A stretch of DNA of 64,000 nucleotides, taken from positions 1,280,001-1,344,000 of the forward strand of contig CAXXKJ010000002.1 in NCBI GenBank assembly GCA_963675295.2, given 5' to 3'. Numbering within the stretch: the first letter of the stretch is position 1; the number at the start of each line of letters is the position of its first letter. This DNA is from a bacterium (lineage in GTDB: Bacteria; Electryoneota; Electryoneia; Electryoneales; Electryoneaceae). Position numbers and translations under genes: made by a program. Below are positions 1-7,701 of the stretch, one piece after another. Under the pieces are notes generated by a model. It searched no databases. It was not told where the DNA came from and saw only the letters and a list, made by a program, of their open reading frames with translations.

Positions 1-373
1 GCAGCACATTGTCGCCACGATTCACCAGGCTGGTCAGCACCAGCTCAATCGCTTCCGAGCCGCCGGTGGTGATGAAGATGTCGCGGATGTTCCGGATACC
101 CTTGGACGCGGCGTAGCGTTCAATCGACTCCAGCGCCGGCTTCACGCCCGAGCTCGGGCTGTAGCCGCACTGGTTCTCGTTCATCGCCTTGATCGCGGCG
201 TCGATCATCGGCTGCGGGGTGGTGAAATCGTACTGGTTCGGATCACCGATGTTGAGGTACAGCATCTCTTTCCCGGTCTTGCGGGTCTCATCGGCAACGA
301 CGACGATATCACGGACGGCGTACTTGATATGCTCGGTACGCAGGGCGGGCTCAATCACATGCTTCTCTGGCAT
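1..373 (-). CDS. Class I/II PLP-dependent aminotransferase (AlaA/AlaT-like), truncated by the window edge
   Basis: Not in the ORF track. Manual translation from ATG 373: MPEKHVIEPALRTEHIKYAVRDIV...MLYLNIGDPNQYDF...GYSPSSG...IFITTGGSEAIE. The LNIGDP, GYS.S.G and TTG.SEAI motifs are typical of alanine aminotransferases. Confidence 0.85.
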   Translation of the reverse strand, partial: MPEKHVIEPALRTEHIKYAVRDIVVVADETRKTGKEMLYLNIGDPNQYDFTTPQPMIDAAIKAMNENQCGYSPSSGVKPALESIERYAASKGIRNIRDIFITTGGSEAIELVLTSLVNRGDNVL

Positions 374-481
374 CGGACAGCTCTCCGCTTCACTGGTAAT
401 CAACGTGGAATGTGAAGGTACGAACAAGCGCTGGATCGGTCCAGAGCGGAGGAGCTGCGTGACTGGTGGAAATCGTTGCAG

Positions 482-517
482 AAAAAACCGCCCATCCCGG
501 GGGGAGATGGACGGTTG
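482..517 (-). terminator. Probable intrinsic terminator of the 575..2389 gene
   Basis: Hairpin aaccgcccatc...gatggacggtt with an A-run on the plus strand (U-tail on the minus strand). Confidence 0.6.
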
Positions 518-574
518 AACCGTCAAGTGAACCGTCTTATTTCAAGCAAACCGTCTTGCCTTCACGTCCTGCGA

Positions 575-2389
575 TTACTGTACCGTAACCACCGGGCAGT
601 TCACGAACGCGACACCCATGTCGAGGATATTCGCCATCAGCGCGCTGTCCAGATCCATCACGTCCGCGAAGTCAGCGTTGTCATACGGCGACACCGACCA
701 CAGCGGGGAATAGGCTTCATCCATCGGGACAGTCGCGATCACGTTATGTGTCTGGGACGAACCCATCTCGGTCTTGAAACCGGAAGCCGGGCCACCATCC
801 GGCTGATCCGGATTGATGTTGAAGCAGACATAGATCGGGGACAGCGGGACCATGTCACTACCTGTCGGCGCGAGATCCTTCTCTGCGAAGTTGAAGTAGT
901 AAACCACCTGGTCCTTGTACCAACCACGGGTCAGGCCGTTGTCTTCACCACCGTAACGCTTTGAGGCGGTGCTGCCATCCGGCACGATCGGGCAATTCAC
1001 CAACACACCAGCTTCTTCGATCTCGTAGCCGCCGTCCATGATCTGGTCGTAGCTGTGGATCGTGTTCGCCAGGTAGTTGGCGGGGACGGTGACAAAATGC
1101 ACGTCCCAGAAGTCGTTGTAGCCATCATCACCGGGGATGACGTCGACGATGTTCAACTGGCCTTCGACCGGGTCGGATTCGCCTTCACGGAACAAGACAT
1201 AAATCGGAGCCGGGGTGGTGGACTGAACGTCAAAGTTGTAGTACTCGACCATCTGGCCGTCCGGGCCGAGACCCTGGGTGATGAACGGTTCGTTGTCAAA
1301 GTTGATCGGCTCGTTCGCTTCCGGCAGACCGTTCGACGCATCACGCACCATCAGCATGCCGGTGCCTTCGGCGAAACGGTCAATGCTCGCCTTCGGGGCG
1401 TCATCCGGATCCATCGGCAGGTTGCCAGCCGGTTCCACCGACACGACCGGGCAGTTGACCGTGGCGACACCCATGTCGAGGACGTTCGCCATCGAGGCGC
1501 TCATCAGGTTGTAGACGTCGTTGAAGTCAGCGTTGTCGTAGGGATTGACCGACCACAGCGGGGAGTAGGACGCGTCTTCCGGCAGGGTCGCGATCACGTT
1601 GTGCGTCTGCGCCGTACCCATCTCGGTCATGAAACCGGAGGCCGGGCCACCATCCGGCTGATCCGGATTGATATTGAAGCTGACATAGATCGGGGACAGC
1701 GGGACCATGTCGCTACCGGTCGGCATCAGGTCCTTCTCGGCGAAGTTGAAGTAGTAGACCACCTGGTCCTTGTACCAGCCACGGGTGAGGCCGCTGTCGC
1801 CACCGTTGTAACGCTTGGACGCCGTGCTGCCCATCGGAACCACCGGGCAGTTCACAAGCACGCCGGCCTCGTCGATCTCGTAGCCAGCTTCCATGATCTG
1901 GTCGTAGCTGTGGACTGTGTTGGCGACGTAATCCGCTTCCACCGTGACGAAATGGACATCCCAGAAGTCGTTGTAGCCATCGTCGCCCGGGATGACGTCA
2001 ATGATGTTCAGCTGGCCTGCGACCGGTTCCATCTCGCCTTCACGAATCAGAACGAAGATCGGAGCCGGGGTGGTCGGCTGCACGTCAAAGTTGTAATACT
2101 CAACCATCTCACCATTCGGGCCGAGACCTTGGGTGATGAACGGTTCGCCGCTGTCAAAATTGATCGGCTCGTCTGCTTCCGGCAGGCCGTTCGATCCGTC
2201 ACGCACCATCAGCATGCCGGCGTCGGCGCTGAAACGGTCAACGCTGACCACCGGTGCATCGTCCGGGTTCAAGCCTTCCGTTTCGCTCGGGCCGGTCATC
2301 GAATCATCATTGTCTTCAGAACAACCCAGGGAAATCGCCATCACGACGATAAGCGCAAGTAACAGAGTAAGTCGGAGTGTACTCTTCAT
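575..2389 (-). CDS. Acidic lipoprotein of unknown function made of two near-identical ~280-aa halves
   Basis: Lipobox (ISLG-C) after a hydrophobic leader. The block DRF...MLMVRD.SNGLPEA...VNCPVV occurs twice, and each half has two sub-repeats ending VNCP(V/I)V. Confidence 0.85.
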   Translation of the reverse strand: MKSTLRLTLLLALIVVMAISLGCSEDNDDSMTGPSETEGLNPDDAPVVSVDRFSADAGMLMVRDGSNGLPEADEPINFDSGEPFITQGLGPNGEMVEYYNFDVQPTTPAPIFVLIREGEMEPVAGQLNIIDVIPGDDGYNDFWDVHFVTVEADYVANTVHSYDQIMEAGYEIDEAGVLVNCPVVPMGSTASKRYNGGDSGLTRGWYKDQVVYYFNFAEKDLMPTGSDMVPLSPIYVSFNINPDQPDGGPASGFMTEMGTAQTHNVIATLPEDASYSPLWSVNPYDNADFNDVYNLMSASMANVLDMGVATVNCPVVSVEPAGNLPMDPDDAPKASIDRFAEGTGMLMVRDASNGLPEANEPINFDNEPFITQGLGPDGQMVEYYNFDVQSTTPAPIYVLFREGESDPVEGQLNIVDVIPGDDGYNDFWDVHFVTVPANYLANTIHSYDQIMDGGYEIEEAGVLVNCPIVPDGSTASKRYGGEDNGLTRGWYKDQVVYYFNFAEKDLAPTGSDMVPLSPIYVCFNINPDQPDGGPASGFKTEMGSSQTHNVIATVPMDEAYSPLWSVSPYDNADFADVMDLDSALMANILDMGVAFVNCPVVTVQ

Positions 2390-2656
2390 GGTTTCCTCGT
2401 CTCTTTCTTTCTCTTCTCAGCAGTTGTTGTGTAGGCCGCTCGATGCAGCCTGGTAAAAACCGTCATTCAACCGTGGTCAGAACACCTCCTGTCTTGCGCG
2501 ATCTTTTTGTCGTAATGCTTTCGAATATGACTTGTTTTGATACAACATTCGTCTTGCCTTCCATCGCATCCAGTCCTGCTTCTGACACCCACACAAGCCG
2601 ATGGCACCGGCAAAGTGCTTCAAAAAGTGTCAATTTGTTAAACTCGCCTAACAATT

Positions 2657-2674
2657 TTGCAAACGCGGTGCCGG
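2657..2674 (-). promoter_or_regulatory. Candidate sigma54 (-24/-12) promoter for the duplicated-domain lipoprotein
   Basis: Minus strand reads CCGGCACCGCGTTTGCAA = GG-N10-GC with GGCAC/TTGCA, about 270 bp upstream of ATG 2389. Confidence 0.45.
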
Positions 2675-2840
2675 AATCCTGAAAAGAGAGTAATCTTGTG
2701 TCTCTAGTATAAGTATTCGGCGTTAGCGTGGGCTGGAGAGATCGGGCAACTGGACACTATTTCATTCGTTTACCCGGAGATGAGGAGTATTCGGGTTCAT
2801 GCTCTCGCACACTGTCTCAAGAAAATCTCGGAACATGGAC

Positions 2841-2877
2841 AAAAAAAACCGTTTCCGGAAAATCCGAAAACGGTTAA
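2841..2877 (-). terminator. Probable intrinsic terminator after the T9SS cargo array
   Basis: aaccgtttccgga...tccgaaaacggtt hairpin with an A8 run. Confidence 0.6.
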
Positions 2878-2906
2878 GTGTTGCGGGACTGAATCACGGT
2901 TCATGT

Positions 2907-3155
2907 CTACTTCACCAGCATCAGCTTCCGCACCTCGTTGAGCTGACCCGGCACAGTCGCCTGCACGAAATAGATCCCGCTGGACAGCTTCGACCCATCA
3001 AACGAGAACGCGTGCGATCCGGCGGTGACTGACCCACCGTCAGCCAGCGTCACGACCGTCCGCCCCTGAATGTCGAACACGCGCACTGTCAGCGGCGCGG
3101 TTTCGGGCAGCGTCACGTTGATCGTCGTCGTCGGATTGAACGGATTGGGGTACGG
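2907..3155. repeat. Sorting-domain DNA cassette, copy 1
   Basis: Near-identical to 5659..5907 and 7453..7701. Confidence 0.85.
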
Positions 3156-5435
3156 CTGGCTAAGTTCAAACTCCCCCGGCAATCGTGAATCAGCCACAGC
3201 GTTGGCACTGGCAAAGTCATCTGTGGATATCCACTCTGACGGGTTGAAGACATAGCTTCGTGCCTCTATTGTTCCTCCCTTATGGAAGACAAAGCTGCTC
3301 GATTCCTGAAGGTTCGGGTCGGTTTGATAGCCCACGAATCCCCGGAACTGATAGTACCCCGGCGGCGCACCGGCTGGAACCGTCAACTGTTGCCCGATCG
3401 CGGTGATCTCTTCGAACGGTTGCAGGTTGAATACAACCTGGGAGGCTAATTCGTGGATTGACCCGTCCGGCAGCTCAACCTCACACCAGTACCTCACATT
3501 CGGCATCATACTCGGCAGGTTGGATTCCAGATGGACGTCATACACGAGCGTTCCGCCTCCGACGGGAATTTCCGTTTGCACGGGTGCATAGGTCAGGACC
3601 ACCGGCGGCACCGACATGGTGACCGTGACGTCATCTACCGCCCACGCATGGAATCGTCCCTCCCCGGTACCGTCGAATCCAATCCACATCGAATCCGCAT
3701 CTGTGACAAAGTCGGTCAGGTCGAAATGCTGAAATTCCATTCCACCATCTACGTATGTACGGACCGTGTTCCACGTTTGCAGTGAATCGGTGGACACCAG
3801 CAGTGAAACCGTACTCCTGTTTGACTGCCGGAACACATGCTGGAAGGAAAGTTCCACGCGCGTATTTTGGATCACGCGGATCGCTGGAGAGGCCGCGATG
3901 CCCAGGAAGTCGTCGTATTCTTCCTCCGCTTCCTCGGGGTAGTGGTAGCCGATGAACAGGTTTCGCGCGGGCAACATAGGCGAATACGTCGCGCCCCAAG
4001 TCCCGATATTCGGACCGCTGACGACATATTGCTCAATCGTCCAGCTGTCCGGAAATCCTGATTCGAACTCTTCCAGTAGCACAACATCGTCCGGATCGGT
4101 AAAGTGAACCGTAGCGGGATATGAAGGTTTGACCGGCCCACCGTCCGGCGGTGCTGACAGGATGGTGTATTCATAGATTCCGTGGACCGTAACGTGGTCG
4201 ACATGCGCTGTGTTGCTGGTTACAGTGATCGGGATCCCGTTGCGGCGGACAACGAACTGGTCCGATCCCAGTCCGTTCCACGCCAGGTGTACCCAGCCCC
4301 ACGGGTCCACGTCGGCGCTCAGCCCCATTCCCGGCCGGTATTCCGGATTCTCCCACCAGGATAACGTATACAGGTAGTGATTTCGTGCAACACGTACCAC
4401 CCCGGCAAGATCGATGTCGCCATCTCCGTCCAGGTCACCTGCGGTAAGAATGCCGTAAGCAGTCTCTGTGTTCATGATGTACCGAACGTCATCGTAGTCC
4501 GGGTTCGGCAAGGGAAGCCATCCGATACTGCCGGGAGCATGCGTCATGAAAACCAGTTCGTCCTGATTGTCGCCGTTCAGATCCAGAATCAGCATCACTT
4601 CAGGCAGATAATGGTGGACCAGGTCTTCTTCTTCCCACGTGTTACCATTGTACGTAAAGCTGTGAATTGCACGAAGATCTATCAGGCTAAGCAGTACATG
4701 AAATCCGTTCTCATCCTCATAAGTGACCAGACATGCTATCGTACCCTGGTTGTAAATCAGCTGGGGCTCGGTGAAGACCATGTCGCCGGTGTTTTCCATC
4801 CAGTAGAAGCTGTACCCCGTAAAGATCTGGTAGGCATAGTAAACGATATCCATATCACCATCACCATCGACATCGCCGGCTTCTGTGCTGTGATTCGTAC
4901 TCATTCCAGGCAACAGGTGCGAGGTGTAGGTTCCATCCAGATTGTTTTCGTACCAGTACACATCGTCCCCGTAGTCCGAAATGATATCGTTGTCACCGTC
5001 CCCATCCAGGTCGAACACACGATTCCATCTACTTTCCGGTATGTTTTCTACCACGGGTACGATTAAAAACCCACCGGACGGTTGGATGATGTAGACGACG
5101 AGATCGTGCTCGAATGTGAACACGATATCCTGAACACCATCTCCGTCCATGTCCGCAATCGAAATGTTCTCCAGGTTGCCATAAGGGGGATTGGTCTGTT
5201 CAAGCTGGAAGGAGCCTGTGCCATCGTTCCGGTGCCAATAGATATAGGGGTAGTTGTGGTGGCTCCGGACGAGGTCGAGATCTCCATCGAGATCGAAATC
5301 CACGCATTCGAGATCATCGGTAAGTGCGTCGCGATTCAGTTCGTGCCATTGCCAGTCGGCTTCGTACGAGGCGTACGCTGGAAGGGTACAGAGCAGCGTT
5401 GTCATCAGTAGAAAGGTCAGAACGTAGCGCTTCAT
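2907..5435 (-). CDS. Secreted FG-GAP/VCBS-repeat protein with FN3-like, beta-sandwich and Ig-like domains and a T9SS type-A C-terminal sorting domain
   Basis: Start moved to ATG 5435 (MKRYVLTFLL signal peptide). Repeated D.DGDGD.D motifs; C-terminal YPNPFNPTTTI...SGIYFV...RKLMLVK. Confidence 0.85.
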   Translation of the reverse strand: MKRYVLTFLLMTTLLCTLPAYASYEADWQWHELNRDALTDDLECVDFDLDGDLDLVRSHHNYPYIYWHRNDGTGSFQLEQTNPPYGNLENISIADMDGDGVQDIVFTFEHDLVVYIIQPSGGFLIVPVVENIPESRWNRVFDLDGDGDNDIISDYGDDVYWYENNLDGTYTSHLLPGMSTNHSTEAGDVDGDGDMDIVYYAYQIFTGYSFYWMENTGDMVFTEPQLIYNQGTIACLVTYEDENGFHVLLSLIDLRAIHSFTYNGNTWEEEDLVHHYLPEVMLILDLNGDNQDELVFMTHAPGSIGWLPLPNPDYDDVRYIMNTETAYGILTAGDLDGDGDIDLAGVVRVARNHYLYTLSWWENPEYRPGMGLSADVDPWGWVHLAWNGLGSDQFVVRRNGIPITVTSNTAHVDHVTVHGIYEYTILSAPPDGGPVKPSYPATVHFTDPDDVVLLEEFESGFPDSWTIEQYVVSGPNIGTWGATYSPMLPARNLFIGYHYPEEAEEEYDDFLGIAASPAIRVIQNTRVELSFQHVFRQSNRSTVSLLVSTDSLQTWNTVRTYVDGGMEFQHFDLTDFVTDADSMWIGFDGTGEGRFHAWAVDDVTVTMSVPPVVLTYAPVQTEIPVGGGTLVYDVHLESNLPSMMPNVRYWCEVELPDGSIHELASQVVFNLQPFEEITAIGQQLTVPAGAPPGYYQFRGFVGYQTDPNLQESSSFVFHKGGTIEARSYVFNPSEWISTDDFASANAVADSRLPGEFELSQPYPNPFNPTTTINVTLPETAPLTVRVFDIQGRTVVTLADGGSVTAGSHAFSFDGSKLSSGIYFVQATVPGQLNEVRKLMLVK

Positions 5436-5658
5436 GAAAGCCCCCAACGGATAATTGCAGACAGCCCGGCAGTTTGAGTCATACGCCGGAAATAACGTAC
5501 ATCTGTAGAATTCAGACTTCAAGACAAGTCACCTGGTATTGCGAAGCCCTTCACATGATCACCCATGACGACCGGCATGCTGAAGGACATCGCGCGTCGT
5601 TTCGAATTACCATTTCCATAATGCAAAGCCAGATCCTCAACCTAGCGATCGCCACCTT

Positions 5659-5907
5659 CTACTTCACCAGCATCAGCTTCCGGACTTCGTTGAGCTGACC
5701 CGGCACAGTCGCCTGCACGAAGTAGATCCCGCTGGAAAGATTCGACCCATCAAACGAAAACGCGTGCGATCCGGCGGTGACTGACCCACCGTCAGCCAGC
5801 GTCGAGACCGTCCGGCCCTGGATGTCGAATACGCGCACGGTCAACGCAGCCGTTTCCGGCAGCGTCACCGATATCGTTGTCGACGCGTTGAATGGGTTGG
5901 GGTAGGG
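5659..5907. repeat. Sorting-domain DNA cassette, copy 2
   Basis: Only 3 mismatches to copy 1 over the first ~78 bp, plus an identical ~44-bp block acgcgtgcgatccggcggtgactgacccaccgtcagccagcgtc. Confidence 0.85.
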
Positions 5908-7401
5908 ATCCATAAGCATGATGCTGTCCGGCTGTGGTGGGTGGTTTCCATCTTCCACGCTTAAAAAGTTGCCGGTGGCAGCCTTGACAAATGTTTGGAA
6001 GCTTTTGCTGAGCAACGAGCCGTTCTCGTCGAAAGCACGCAGGATCAAGGCGTACTGCCCAGCAGGAAGCAAGCCGGGGATGTGCTGTTGCAGCTGCGGC
6101 AGAATGAGTGGTTCCTGAGGTTGCAGGACACGCGGTCTTTCCCAAAGCAGATTTTCTGCCCCATTGGGCATTTCAAGCGACATCTGGAACACGATCTCAG
6201 AGGCTTCGTCAAGAGCGTTCCCTGTCAGTGTGCGATAATGGATAACTCCGCCTTGGGCGGAAACTTGCCGGGGTGCGTCGTAGATCCACATCCCGACGCG
6301 GACAGGCAGGTGAGTGTTTCCATTCTCGACCCGTGTCACCAGCAGTTCGTCCTCGTTCTGCAGGTTTTCACGGTATCCAATGCACAGGGTGCTTCCATCC
6401 AGCAGTGCGACAGCACGGGTATAGCGTCCATCCCCGTTCTCCAGCACATCGACTTCCTGACCAGTCGCTGAAACTTCCACGATGAGTTCGTCATACGAAT
6501 AGTCATTCTGAATCCAACGATAGCCGGCGCAAATATAACCAGGAATTGCATTCATATCGGCCAACCCGAAAAACTGTTCATAGTCGAACGGTGTCCCGTT
6601 CTCACCTAGTTGAACCTGCCAGTTTGTTGGTGGGCCGCTGTATCTTAGGTATGAGCGGTTATTTGTGAAGGAGAGAATGGCGTTTTCGTCGGGTGCGATC
6701 ATTCCCAGAGAGCCGGTGAAATACAAGTCTTGTGGGAAGAAGTGCCCGGCTGCAGTAAACCTCCGGCCGTAGTGCGTGAATTGTGAATAGTTACTGGCTT
6801 CAATCCCTGCAAAATATCGTCCATCATGCAGCCGGCCGATGAAGTACAGATGGGTTCCGTCGTAGTCGTAGGGAGGGGAAAAATCATGTGACCAGCTGAT
6901 AGTCTGATCGGCATTCAGCTTGATGATATCAGTATCGTACCCTCCGCAGAACATGACGGAATTGTCCGGTTCCTGGGCGGAAACACGGTAGATATACTGG
7001 TTGTCTGGCCGCTGAAAGCTGAGCGTTTCCGTGATATCACCGGTGTGATCAAGCCTGTTCACGATGTATTGGTTGTCTGAGTAATAAACGATCAGAGCGC
7101 CGCCCGATACTGTCCCAGCCACGGCATCTTGAACAGGAGCTGTTAATGGTGGTTCAAGCCGTTCCGTGGAGACGATATCCCCGCTGTGATTGAGCACCAT
7201 TTTGTGCATGTACAAGCTGTTATTGGTTGCCTCAGCGGCGTAACAGACGAGAATGTTTCCGCTTGCCAGCTCCAGCGTCTTTGGATACAGGGACGCGGTC
7301 GGCTCGACAGTGTACAGGTTCTCCCAAATGATACTTAGTTCGGCAGTTGCCGACGACGCCAGGACGCAAGACAAAAACAGGATGAAAAAGATGTTCTTCA
7401 T
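5659..7401 (-). CDS. Secreted beta-propeller-like protein with Ig-like domain and T9SS type-A sorting domain
   Basis: Start at ATG 7401 (MKNIFFILF signal peptide). C-terminal YPNPFNASTTI...RKLMLVK; cargo region visibly more AT-rich. Confidence 0.8.
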   Translation of the reverse strand: MKNIFFILFLSCVLASSATAELSIIWENLYTVEPTASLYPKTLELASGNILVCYAAEATNNSLYMHKMVLNHSGDIVSTERLEPPLTAPVQDAVAGTVSGGALIVYYSDNQYIVNRLDHTGDITETLSFQRPDNQYIYRVSAQEPDNSVMFCGGYDTDIIKLNADQTISWSHDFSPPYDYDGTHLYFIGRLHDGRYFAGIEASNYSQFTHYGRRFTAAGHFFPQDLYFTGSLGMIAPDENAILSFTNNRSYLRYSGPPTNWQVQLGENGTPFDYEQFFGLADMNAIPGYICAGYRWIQNDYSYDELIVEVSATGQEVDVLENGDGRYTRAVALLDGSTLCIGYRENLQNEDELLVTRVENGNTHLPVRVGMWIYDAPRQVSAQGGVIHYRTLTGNALDEASEIVFQMSLEMPNGAENLLWERPRVLQPQEPLILPQLQQHIPGLLPAGQYALILRAFDENGSLLSKSFQTFVKAATGNFLSVEDGNHPPQPDSIMLMDPYPNPFNASTTISVTLPETAALTVRVFDIQGRTVSTLADGGSVTAGSHAFSFDGSNLSSGIYFVQATVPGQLNEVRKLMLVK

Positions 7402-7452
7402 GACACATTCCTTCACGGGTGATTTAAGGTTTGTATTCAGAACTCATGTCGT

Positions 7453-7701
7453 TTACTTCACCAGCATCAGCTTCCGTACTTCGTTGAGCCGTCCGGGCAC
7501 CGTCGCCTGCACGAAATAGATCCCGCTCGACAGGTCCGACCCGTCGAACGAAAACGAGTGCGATCCGGCGGCGACGGAAGATCCATCCGCAAGCGTCGCG
7601 ACCGTCCGGCCCTGGATATCGAACACGCGTACTGTCAGCGGCGCGGTTTCGGGAAGTGTCACGTTGACGGTCGTCGCCGGGTTGAACGGATTCGGGTACG
7701 G
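7453..7701. repeat. Sorting-domain DNA cassette, copy 3
   Basis: Same tacttcaccagcatcagcttccg...gtcgcctgcacgaaatagatcccgct core as copies 1 and 2. Confidence 0.8.
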
